A stretch of DNA of 50,301 nt from a bacterium. Lineage in GTDB: Bacteria; Patescibacteriota; Minisyncoccia; Minisyncoccales; UBA10102. The position numbers were made by a program, and so were the translations under genes. The stretch covers positions 1-50,301 of the forward strand of contig JAUYMI010000029.1 in the NCBI GenBank assembly GCA_030698665.1, given 5' to 3'. Of the stretch, positions 41,562 through 48,969 are shown piece by piece; the stretch's first letter is position 1, and every line of letters begins with the position of its first letter. Under the pieces are notes generated by a model. The model made no database searches, was not told where the DNA came from, and saw only the letters and a list, made by a program, of their open reading frames with translations.

Positions 41562-42819
41562 GCGGCACGTCTTGAGGAACGGCGTGACCGTTCTTGAGAT
41601 TGACAGTCCGAGTACGCAGGCTGCCACCGTGTTGGTGCTGGTCAAGACGGGTTCCAAGCATGAGACGAGGAAAGAGTCCGGCCTCTCCCACTTTTTAGAG
41701 CACATGTTTTTTAAGGGAACGAAGAAGCGCCCGACCCCGATTGCTGTCTCAGAGCCCTTGGATCTTGTGGGCGGCGTGTTCAACGCCTTCACCTCAGAGG
41801 AGTGCACAGGATACTTTGCCAAGGTGGACAGAGCGCATATCAAGCTCGCCATTGATTGGGTCTCAGATATCTTTCTTCACTCCACGATCCCAGTCCGAGA
41901 GGTGGAAAAAGAGAAGGGGGTGATCATAGAAGAGCAGAATATGAGGCGGGACGCCCCCATGATGCACATTGAGAGTATGTGGCAGCGCCTTCTCTACGGA
42001 GACCAGCCCGCCGGATGGGATATTGCTGGCACGAAAGAAAGTATTCAAGCCATGTCCCGAAATGACCTCACCTCGTACATGAAAGAGCAGTACGTCGCCA
42101 GCAATACCGTGGTCTGCATTGCTGGGAACCTCGGGCGTTCGGGAGCCGCGGCCCAGGTCAAGCGCGCTTTTCGTGCCGTTCCCTCTTCATCCCCCCGCGC
42201 GAAGCCCGAGGTCGTGGAGTTTCAGACAGATCCCAACGTGCTCTCAGAGTACAGAAAGACCGACCAGACCCACATTGCCCTCGGGGTGAGGGGGTATAAT
42301 CTATTCCACAAGGATCGCTTCGCCCAGGATCTCCTGGCCGTGATCTTGGGAGGCATGATGAGCTCCCGTCTATTTATTGAGATCAGAGAGCGCCTTGGAC
42401 TGGCATACTATGTCTCCACCCAGTCTGACTCCAATCCGGATACTGGGTTCGTAATGACGCAGGCGGGGGTAAGGAATGCAAACGCAGTGAAGGCGGTGTC
42501 AGCAATCCTCAAGGAGTACCGACGGGTAGCGATTCGCGGGGTGACGGCCCCAGAACTCAGAAAGGCGAAAGAGAACACGAAGGGCAAGTTGGCCTTGGCG
42601 TTGGAGTCCTCTGACCGGAAGGCGACCGCCTTTGGCCTCCAGCAGCTTTTGGAAGGCAGGACGTACAGCCTCCAAGAGATGTATGATATGATAGATAGCG
42701 TGAGGAGGTCTGACATCCACAGGGTCGCGAGCGACGTCTTCCGTTCAGAGAACCTGAATCTTGCGGTCCTGGGTCCCTTCAAGGACTCCTCCGAGTTTCA
42801 ATCTATTCTCAAGCTGTAA
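41533..42819 (+). CDS. M16-family (pitrilysin-like) zinc peptidase
   Basis: HxxEH motif in SHFLEHMFFKGT. 428 aa, two-domain. Confidence 0.85.
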   Translation: MSSQSASKHKRHVLRNGVTVLEIDSPSTQAATVLVLVKTGSKHETRKESGLSHFLEHMFFKGTKKRPTPIAVSEPLDLVGGVFNAFTSEECTGYFAKVDRAHIKLAIDWVSDIFLHSTIPVREVEKEKGVIIEEQNMRRDAPMMHIESMWQRLLYGDQPAGWDIAGTKESIQAMSRNDLTSYMKEQYVASNTVVCIAGNLGRSGAAAQVKRAFRAVPSSSPRAKPEVVEFQTDPNVLSEYRKTDQTHIALGVRGYNLFHKDRFAQDLLAVILGGMMSSRLFIEIRERLGLAYYVSTQSDSNPDTGFVMTQAGVRNANAVKAVSAILKEYRRVAIRGVTAPELRKAKENTKGKLALALESSDRKATAFGLQQLLEGRTYSLQEMYDMIDSVRRSDIHRVASDVFRSENLNLAVLGPFKDSSEFQSILKL

Positions 42820-43856
42820 TGGTTTCTCAGTACGGTTCCCTTGATATCACGTGGCCCACAATCTTCAAGCTTGCGCTTGCCGCTTTTGGCCTGTACGTGA
42901 TTTTTCTGATCAAGGACATCTTGGTCTGGGTACTTTTCGCTCTTGTCATTTCGGTGGTCTTTGACCCGGTCATTGATTTTCTTTGCAAACGCCGGATTCC
43001 CAGAACCCTGGCCGCTGTCCTGGTCTACTCTATGCTCTTTGCGTTCCTTGCCTTCACTATCTATAGTTCGGCCCCCTTCTTTCTTAAAGAGATTCAGCGC
43101 TTTTCCGCGCTCTTCCCTCAGTACTTTGAAACTCTAGCCCCTCCTTTGCAGGGAATCGGGATCACGGCGTTCTCTGACTTTCAAAGTTTTCTGGATGCGG
43201 TGGGCGGGAGCATTCAGCAGCTTGGGTCCAGTGCCGTTTCGGGCCTTTCAACCGTATTCGGGGGCCTCTTTTCCATGATCTTCGTCATCTCCATCGCGAT
43301 TTTCCTTTCCATTGAGGAGAAGTCCGTGGACCGCGCCATCTCCCTGCTTTTCCCAAAGAAGTATGAGGCCGTCGCTTTGAAGGTGTGGGGGCGAAGCCAG
43401 CGTCAGGTGGCGGGCTGGTTTCTCACTCGCCTGTTCTCCTCTGCGTTTGTGGGAGTTGCAACCTACATCGCTCTGGTGATTCTCAACGTTCCGTATCCCT
43501 TTTCCCTTTCACTTTTTTCAGGAGTTTTGAATCTTATCCCAATCGTAGGGCCTCTGCTTACTGGTGTCTTAATCGGAGGCGTAGTCGCATTGGATTCCAT
43601 ACCCAAGGCAATTTTTGTCCTGCTTTCCTTTATTCTCATTCAGCAGATTGAAGGAAACGTTCTCACCCCTCTTCTCACCAACCGTTTCGTCGGCCTGCCT
43701 CCCGCCCTTGTTCTCATCTCCCTGGCCATCGGAGGTCAGCTCTGGGGAGTGATGGGAGCCATTCTCGCAATTCCGTTAGCAGGCATCCTCTATGAATTCC
43801 TCCGGGATTTTCTCAAGAGGCGCCGCGAGGAGGAGGCGAAGGCCGCTCCTGTTTGA
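42819..43856 (+). CDS. AI-2E (PerM/UPF0118) family transporter
   Basis: 345 aa, ~8 TM, with NLIPIVGPLL and AILAIPLAG segments typical of the family. Confidence 0.85.
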   Translation: MVSQYGSLDITWPTIFKLALAAFGLYVIFLIKDILVWVLFALVISVVFDPVIDFLCKRRIPRTLAAVLVYSMLFAFLAFTIYSSAPFFLKEIQRFSALFPQYFETLAPPLQGIGITAFSDFQSFLDAVGGSIQQLGSSAVSGLSTVFGGLFSMIFVISIAIFLSIEEKSVDRAISLLFPKKYEAVALKVWGRSQRQVAGWFLTRLFSSAFVGVATYIALVILNVPYPFSLSLFSGVLNLIPIVGPLLTGVLIGGVVALDSIPKAIFVLLSFILIQQIEGNVLTPLLTNRFVGLPPALVLISLAIGGQLWGVMGAILAIPLAGILYEFLRDFLKRRREEEAKAAPV

Positions 43857-43881
43857 CGTTTTGAGCCAGTATGCGTATCCT
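43853..43881 (+). promoter_or_regulatory. candidate promoter of orphan cassette 0
   Basis: TTGACG (43853-43858, overlapping the AI-2E TGA stop), a 17-nt spacer, then TATCCT (43876-43881). Confidence 0.4.
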
Positions 43882-43902
43882 TTGAGCAGGAAGGAGAGAC
43901 AC

Positions 43903-44121
43903 ATGGCTCTTTTGCAAGAGGAGCTTGAGCTCGCCTGTGGGGAAAAGCAACGAGTCTGCTTCCAGGGAAGGGTCGTGGGTACGCTCTTTGCCGTGCATAC
44001 GAGCGCTGACTCCGTTCTCGGGGCGCTCGTCGTTACGAGGAGCCGCGTCACGAGATCCGGCCTTGAAGCTTTTACGGCTTGGTTCCCGGCAGCCGAACTC
44101 TCGCTCGCGGAACCTCAATGA
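43903..44121 (+). CDS. hypothetical 72-aa protein (orphan cassette 0)
   Basis: GGAAGGAGAG Shine-Dalgarno 5-14 nt upstream of the ATG. Sequence MALLQEELELACGEKQRVCFQGRVVGTLFAVHTSADSVLGALVVTRSRVTRSGLEAFTAWFPAAELSLAEPQ. A terminator follows immediately. Confidence 0.45.
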   Translation: MALLQEELELACGEKQRVCFQGRVVGTLFAVHTSADSVLGALVVTRSRVTRSGLEAFTAWFPAAELSLAEPQ

Positions 44122-44147
44122 TCCCGATACGTCGGGGTCTTCTTTTT
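44120..44147 (+). terminator. intrinsic terminator of cassette 0
   Basis: GATCCCGA-TACG-TCGGGGTC followed by TTCTTTTT. Confidence 0.65.
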
Positions 44148-44179
44148 GAGAGAAGAGATAATTATGATACAACACTCGT

Positions 44180-45616
44180 ATGGAGAAGTTTTATGTCACA
44201 AGTGCGATTCCTTATGTGAACGCCCGGCCCCATCTCGGTCACGCCTTGGAATTCGTCCAGGCGGATGTTATTTCCCGCTTTCATCGTCAGAAAGGGGAAG
44301 ACGTACTTTTGCTGTCCGGGAGTGACGACAACGCCCTAAAGAACGTGCAGGCGGCAGAACAGGCGGGGGTTCCCGTGGAGCAGTTCGTTGAAGAGAACGG
44401 TCAGCTTTTTTTTGAGCTGGCCCAGGCGCTTGGCGTGCACCTTGATATATTCCAGCGGGGAACCAGTAAGGAGCATCACTCCTCAAGCCAGAAACTGTGG
44501 GAGCTGTGTCGCAAGGCAGGTGACATCTACAAAGATTCCTATGAGGGGCTGTACTGTGTGGGGTGCGAGGTCTTCTACGTGAGAGGCGAACTCAACGAGA
44601 AGGGAGAGTGTCCCGAGCACCCCGGCAAGAAGCTGGAAAAGGTTTCAGAAGAGAACTACTTCTTCCGTCTCTCCAAGTATCAAAAGCAACTGGTTGAGCT
44701 TCTGGAGAAAGACGAACTGCGCATCATTCCAGAATCCAGGAAGAACGAGATGTTGGCGTTTCTCAGAGAACCCCTCCAAGATATCAGTATTTCCAGATCC
44801 AACGAGCGCGCCCGCAACTGGGGAGTTCCGGTTCCCGAAGACGAGGGGCAGAGAATGTACGTTTGGTTTGACGCTTTGAACATCTACCAATCAGGCATAG
44901 GTTTCGGGTCTGACGAGGGAAAGTACAAAAAGTGGTGGCCAGCTGACGTGCAGGTCATTGGAAAAGGCATCGCGCGCTTTCATGCCGTGTATTGGCCGGC
45001 CTTTCTTCTCTCAGCAGGACTTCCTTTGCCAAAGGTGCTGTTCGTGCACGGGTATCTCACCGTAGAGGGCAAGAAGATGTCCAAGTCCGTGGGAAACGTT
45101 GTTGATCCGTTCGAGCTGATTGAGCGGTACGGGGCAGACGCCCTCAGGTACTTTCTTTTGCGCGAGATTCCGGCAAGCGAGGACGGGGACTACAGCCGCG
45201 AGAAGTTTGAGACGAGGTACAATGCTGACTTGGCGTCCGGGCTCGGGAATTTGACGGCTCGAGTACTGACCTTAGCAGAAAAGAACAAGATGAAGGTTCC
45301 AAAACGTGTGGGGGATCGCCTTGGTTCAGCGCTTCGTGGGGCAAAAGAAAAGCTGGAGCAGGATCTTTCTGAGTTCCAGTTTGGTTCTGCCCTGGGAGCT
45401 ATATGGGAGCTTATTACCATATGCGACAGATATATTGAGGCAAAGAAGCCCTGGGAGGAATCAGAAGAACAGGAGGAGGTGATAGCCGACCTCATGTTTG
45501 TCCTCAGAGAGATTGGGGATATGCTGAAACCCTTTCTGCCTGAAACATCAGAGAGGATAGTAGCTCAACTCAAAACTGGCAAAGGGGAATCTTTGTTCCC
45601 TCGTATTGCTTCTTGA
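44180..45616 (+). CDS. metG: methionyl-tRNA synthetase (short form, no C-terminal tRNA-binding domain)
   Basis: HIGH (PYVNARPHLGHALE), zinc knuckle (CVGCE...CPEHPG), KMSKSVGN. Confidence 0.93.
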   Translation: MEKFYVTSAIPYVNARPHLGHALEFVQADVISRFHRQKGEDVLLLSGSDDNALKNVQAAEQAGVPVEQFVEENGQLFFELAQALGVHLDIFQRGTSKEHHSSSQKLWELCRKAGDIYKDSYEGLYCVGCEVFYVRGELNEKGECPEHPGKKLEKVSEENYFFRLSKYQKQLVELLEKDELRIIPESRKNEMLAFLREPLQDISISRSNERARNWGVPVPEDEGQRMYVWFDALNIYQSGIGFGSDEGKYKKWWPADVQVIGKGIARFHAVYWPAFLLSAGLPLPKVLFVHGYLTVEGKKMSKSVGNVVDPFELIERYGADALRYFLLREIPASEDGDYSREKFETRYNADLASGLGNLTARVLTLAEKNKMKVPKRVGDRLGSALRGAKEKLEQDLSEFQFGSALGAIWELITICDRYIEAKKPWEESEEQEEVIADLMFVLREIGDMLKPFLPETSERIVAQLKTGKGESLFPRIAS

Positions 45617-45642
45617 CAGGAGGCGCCTACCCCACGTATACT
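45613..45642 (+). promoter_or_regulatory. promoter of orphan cassette 1
   Basis: TTGACA (45613-45618, containing the metG TGA stop), an 18-nt spacer, then TATACT (45637-45642). Confidence 0.5.
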
Positions 45643-45648
45643 CTGTAT

Positions 45649-45876
45649 TGTGAGTATGCACGTAGTAAACATTAGGACAATTAAGCAGTACTTCTTTGGA
45701 TTTTCCGCCCGCTTAGGGCTGGGAGATTCGTTGCGCGCATAGACAGACATTGTCTTGAACCAGCGAGCCCTCCCAGCCCGGGGGGCTCTTTCTTTGAGCT
45801 CAGTACCCAGGGAAATCCCTGCATACTGCGCTCACATGGAGTGCAGACAGTACACGAAAGGGGGGTGGGTGCTTAC
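45649..45876 (+). promoter_or_regulatory. ~230-nt structured leader with alternative helices (attenuator-like)
   Basis: Helix GGGCTGGGAG (45716-45725) / CTCCCAGCCC (45770-45779) is mutually exclusive with the hairpin 45765-45788 (GAGCCCTCC-CAGCCC-GGGGGGCTC) plus TTTCTTT. A 38-nt imperfect palindrome follows at 45796-45833. Confidence 0.4.
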
Positions 45877-46272
45877 ATGAACTCCACCATCGTGGGAATG
45901 CCTGGCGTGGCGGCCGGCTCAAGGATCATCGACATCCTCTTGAGCTCGGATCTTCAAGAGCGCACTGCTCGTCGAGACAGACACGACGAGCTTCGGCAGT
46001 CGGATGTCCTCGTGGTCGTGCAGAGCGGAGCCGCTGGAGCGTCCTTCCAGAGGTATCCCCCGCACGGCATTTCTCCGGATCTTGAAGGGGCAGCCGGCTA
46101 CCTGATTGTTCCCCCGGTTCCAGAAGGAGAGTGCTCCCCTGAACTGATGGACATGATCATCACGCGGGCCAGGCATGCCCTGACCGCGGCGGACATGGCT
46201 CTCAACGGCGGCAGTGGGTGGAAGCCGGCCAGGGCTGGCGGGCCTCGTACCCGCCACGACAGCTTCGTGTAG
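45877..46272 (+). CDS. hypothetical 131-aa protein (orphan cassette 1), G+C-rich
   Basis: AAAGGGGGG lies upstream of the ATG. In this frame 46 of the first 63 codons end in G/C (hand count), whereas the overlapping minus-strand ORF puts those positions at codon position 2. I recognise no family. Confidence 0.5.
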   Translation: MNSTIVGMPGVAAGSRIIDILLSSDLQERTARRDRHDELRQSDVLVVVQSGAAGASFQRYPPHGISPDLEGAAGYLIVPPVPEGECSPELMDMIITRARHALTAADMALNGGSGWKPARAGGPRTRHDSFV

Positions 46273-46311
46273 GGCGCCTTCGCAGTCAGTCTCTAATCGT
46301 GTGGTGCATAA

Positions 46312-46347
46312 GGGGTTCCCTGGTATCCAGAGAGCCCCGTTTTCTTT
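46312..46347 (+). terminator. intrinsic terminator of cassette 1
   Basis: GGGGTTC-C-CTGG-TAT-CCAG-A-GAGCCCC followed by GTTTTCTTT. Confidence 0.65.
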
Positions 46348-46358
46348 ACAATATACCT

Positions 46359-47237
46359 ATGTATATAGACACGCACGGACACGTGAACTTCAACGCTTTT
46401 AAGGATGACGGCAAGGAGGTGCTGGATAGAGCGCTGAAGCTGAATACCTGGGTCATCATGCCGGGCTCCCAGCTCACGACATCTGCGAGGGCTGTTGAGT
46501 TGGCTCAGGAGTATGCGGAGGGCGTGTATGCTGCAGTGGGCCTCCATCCTATTCACTTAGACAAGCGGGAGGTGGACGTGCAGGAGGTGCAGTCAGAGGA
46601 AGTAAGGGAGCGCCCCTGGATGCTTTTTGAAACTCGGGGAGAAGAGTTTTTATACGAAGAGTACAAGCGTTTGGCTCAGAGTAAAAAGGTGGTTGCTATT
46701 GGAGAAGTTGGACTTGACTACTATCACCAGCCCAGTTCCCAGGGAAAGAGAAAAGAGTACAGAGAACGTCAGAAGAACGTTCTGAATCAGCAGATTGACC
46801 TTGCCCTTGAGTTGGACCTTCCCCTCATTCTCCACTGTAGGGTTGCTCACCAAGATATGATAGCTTTGCTGAGAGAGCGGCAAGACAAGAGCGGAGGAAA
46901 GCTGAGGGGTGTGATGCACAGCTATACGGGTACCTCAGAGCAGGCCCAAGAGCTCGCGGAGCTTGGATTTTCCTTTGGTTTTAACGGCCTCATCTTCAAG
47001 GACGTGCCTGCTTTGCCTCCTCCGTCAGAGGTTATTTCTTCAATTCCCTCAGATCGCATCGTGCTGGAGACGGATAGCCCGTATCTTGTGCCTCCCAAAG
47101 CCGGAGTTGAGAGAAACGAACCTGCCTTTGTACGCTTCGTGGCAGAGGAAATTGCCAGGGCGAAGGGCATTTCCGTAGAGGAGATTGCCTCTGTCACAAC
47201 TGCCAACGCCAAAGCCCTCTTCTCTTTATCTCCTTAG
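46359..47237 (+). CDS. tatD: TatD-family metal-dependent hydrolase/DNase
   Basis: YIDTHGHVNF, GEVGLDY, LILHCR, ETDSPYL. The ATG lies 6 nt after TACAAT (46347-46352). Confidence 0.88.
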   Translation: MYIDTHGHVNFNAFKDDGKEVLDRALKLNTWVIMPGSQLTTSARAVELAQEYAEGVYAAVGLHPIHLDKREVDVQEVQSEEVRERPWMLFETRGEEFLYEEYKRLAQSKKVVAIGEVGLDYYHQPSSQGKRKEYRERQKNVLNQQIDLALELDLPLILHCRVAHQDMIALLRERQDKSGGKLRGVMHSYTGTSEQAQELAELGFSFGFNGLIFKDVPALPPPSEVISSIPSDRIVLETDSPYLVPPKAGVERNEPAFVRFVAEEIARAKGISVEEIASVTTANAKALFSLSP

Positions 47238-47331
47238 CTTAGCTCAGGCATATTCATGCCTAAACGAGATTTAGTTTTCCACAGGTAGGAACTTTGTTTT
47301 TTCTGAGGAGACGGTATAATAAAACAATGCA

Positions 47332-47613
47332 ATGTCGCTAGTCGGCATTCCAGATAGCACCTCAGATGAGGTGAGTAGCGCGGAAGGAAGTATCATGGCG
47401 TCTCCTCGGGATTACATGACCCTTCAGGATCTGGTTGCCGTTCGACCATCGATCTCGTCGATTCGCACGGCACGTCGTCTAGCCAGGGAAGGGGCCTTCG
47501 GCGAGCCGATCCGGTGTGGGAGCAGGATTCTGGTCCCACAGTCGGCCGCCAGGGAGACCGTGACTCCTGACCGCCGCGTCGTCCACCAGGAGCCGTTGCT
47601 CCCAGCCGCCTAG
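47332..47613 (+). CDS. excisionase/MerR-like helix-turn-helix small protein (orphan cassette 2)
   Basis: The core MTLQDLVAVRPSISSIRTARRLAREGAFGEPIRCGSRILVPQSA matches the Xis-family HTH pattern (LT..E.A..L.VS..T..R....G.....R.G.R..V). TATAAT at 47315-47320. An alternative start at ATG 47395 has a GGAAGGAAG Shine-Dalgarno. Confidence 0.5.
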   Translation: MSLVGIPDSTSDEVSSAEGSIMASPRDYMTLQDLVAVRPSISSIRTARRLAREGAFGEPIRCGSRILVPQSAARETVTPDRRVVHQEPLLPAA

Positions 47614-47713
47614 TCCTCTCTCGGGAGGGCTAGCAACTAAGTTAAGGGATTTCGGAGTTCCTGTCGCAACAAGAAGTACCCCCGCCGCACGGCAGGTATC
47701 TCCGTTCCTGATT

Positions 47714-47758
47714 GTCGGAGAGGAGGACTCTCCCACTCCTCTCCGACAGCACTTTTTT
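47714..47758 (+). terminator. intrinsic terminator of cassette 2 (convergent with the glycosylase gene)
   Basis: GTCGGAGAGGAG (47714-47725) pairs with CTCCTCTCCGAC (47736-47747), followed by AGCACTTTTTT. Confidence 0.65.
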
Positions 47759-48579
47759 CAATCTTGAATAAGGTAGGAGTGAAGAGACTCGGCAATCAGC
47801 CCGTCTTGCACAAGAGACTCAATGATGTCATCCGCCTCCCAGGGCGCTTTTTGTTTGTGGAGTTGTTGATCAAGAAAGCTACGTAGGACTTTTTTCTCCA
47901 CGCCTTCTTTTTCCAGGAGCATCTTGACAATACTGGTTCGAAAAGAGCGGAAGGAACCCTCAAAGCGGCTCTGCTTTGCATAGTGGCGGCTTTGCCTGTT
48001 TACCTTTTTATCCTTCAGCTCTACGGCTCCATAGTCAAAGAGGGCGTAATGCCATTCCCGAGGATCTTCTCTCCACACCACCTTTTGGGCAATCGTCAAA
48101 ATATCTTTGTCTGATACCTCAGCTTTGTCTTTGAAGAAAAAATGCAGATAGACGCGCCTGATGTTTGTGTCAATGAAGGCCTCCGGGTTCAGAAAGGCAA
48201 AACAGGCAACCGCCCTGGCCGTGTACGGCCCAACTCCCGGAAGCTTCTCAAGCTCCCTCGGGTCTTTTGGAAATCTTCCTTTGTGTTCTTGTTGTATAAT
48301 CCTGGCTGTCTCTTTCAGATTCAGAGCCCGCTTCCAGTACCCCAGGCCTTTCCACACGGAAAGAAGCTCTCTGTCTGGGGCACGGGCAAGGGCTTTCAGA
48401 GTAGGGAATGCCTTGAGAAACTCAGGGTACTTTTCAAGCACCCGGGATACCTGGGTCTGCTGGAGCATGACCTCAGAGACAAGAATCTCGTACGGGTCCT
48501 TTGTCTTGCGCCAGGGGAGGTCCCGTTTGTTGTTTTTGTACCAACCAAGAACTGTTTTCTGAAGTTTTTGGACGCTCAT
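47758..48579 (-). CDS. HhH-GPD DNA glycosylase, MutY/Nth-like but without the 4Fe-4S cysteine cluster
   Basis: DLPWRKTKDPYEILVSEVMLQQTQV, HhH-GPD hairpin LPGVGPYTARAV, catalytic Asp context FIDTNIRRV. The whole protein has a single Cys and the C-terminal ~80 aa are unrelated to the MutY Nudix-like domain. Confidence 0.85.
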   Translation of the reverse strand: MSVQKLQKTVLGWYKNNKRDLPWRKTKDPYEILVSEVMLQQTQVSRVLEKYPEFLKAFPTLKALARAPDRELLSVWKGLGYWKRALNLKETARIIQQEHKGRFPKDPRELEKLPGVGPYTARAVACFAFLNPEAFIDTNIRRVYLHFFFKDKAEVSDKDILTIAQKVVWREDPREWHYALFDYGAVELKDKKVNRQSRHYAKQSRFEGSFRSFRTSIVKMLLEKEGVEKKVLRSFLDQQLHKQKAPWEADDIIESLVQDGLIAESLHSYLIQD

Positions 48580-48619
48580 GTCTCAGAGTATACCCCGCTT
48601 CCTTTTGTGGACAAAGTCC

Positions 48620-48647
48620 TTGACAAAAACCGCAAAAGGAGTATACT
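48620..48647 (+). promoter_or_regulatory. promoter of orphan cassette 3
   Basis: TTGACA 48620-48625, a 16-nt spacer, TATACT 48642-48647. Confidence 0.5.
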
Positions 48648-48700
48648 GTTTATATGTGCGGACAAAGGGTCTGCGCTGTTGTAGGAAGGGAGCTCCCTCC

Positions 48701-48796
48701 ATGATGCTCATTCGAGCAGGTCCGATGGTCGCCGTCACGACCAAGGTGAACGTCGCCAACGACATCGCGACCGGCGCCGCGGACACCGCCGCCTAA
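48701..48796 (+). CDS. possible 31-aa peptide MMLIRAGPMVAVTTKVNVANDIATGAADTAA
   Basis: GGGAG lies 8 nt upstream of the ATG. 27 of 31 codons end in G/C and G+C is ~65% (hand count), against ~53% in the first 100 nt of leuS. Confidence 0.3.
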   Translation: MMLIRAGPMVAVTTKVNVANDIATGAADTAA

Positions 48797-48902
48797 CACC
48801 GCCTCGACACGCGGTGAGAGGCGATCTCGCCGAAGAAGGGAAATTCCCATGGTTCGGACTCGCGCGAGTCCCTAGCCCGTAAGGGCGCACGTAGTCTCCG
48901 CA

Positions 48903-48969
48903 GGGACGGGGGTCATCAGTCATCGCACTGAGCCCCCGTCCCGCCCACTCCCCATTTCAGGGGTTTTTT
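48903..48969 (+). terminator. tandem hairpins plus T6 ending cassette 3
   Basis: GGGACGGGGG...CCCCCGTCCC (10 bp, with inner TCAGT/ACTGA), then CCCC-ATTTCA-GGGG-TTTTTT. Confidence 0.55.

Larger units (their letters stand above)
48654..48969 (+). ncRNA. candidate ~315-nt structured transcript upstream of leuS (may also encode a 31-aa peptide)
   Basis: Hairpins and palindromes: CACCGC..GCGGTG, GGCGA-TC-TCGCC, GGACTCGCGCGAGTCC, GCCC-GTAA-GGGC (GNRA loop), and a long stem at 48903-48942. The transcript ends with CCCC-ATTTCA-GGGG-TTTTTT. Confidence 0.4.

Noticed and set aside
43888-44147. T-box leader for metG
   Set aside because: GGGTCGTGGGTACGCTC is only a loose resemblance to the T-box motif. 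I could not draw a specifier loop or Stem I features, and metG has its own -10.
43813-44175. 120-aa minus-strand ORF (and other overlapping ORFs) in the AI-2E/metG spacer
   Set aside because: There is no start context and the sequence is Arg/Pro/Ser-rich. The plus-strand 72-codon ORF has SD, promoter and terminator signals.
45919-46257. 112-aa minus-strand ORF opposite the cassette 1 ORF
   Set aside because: The G/C enrichment falls on codon position 3 of the plus frame and on position 2 of this frame. The plus frame also has the SD-like purine run and the terminator.
48654-48969. T-box or cobalamin-type riboswitch upstream of leuS
   Set aside because: There is no GGGUGGNACCGCG T-box sequence. 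AGGGAA and GCACUG fragments are present, but not the B12 box or the surrounding conserved core.
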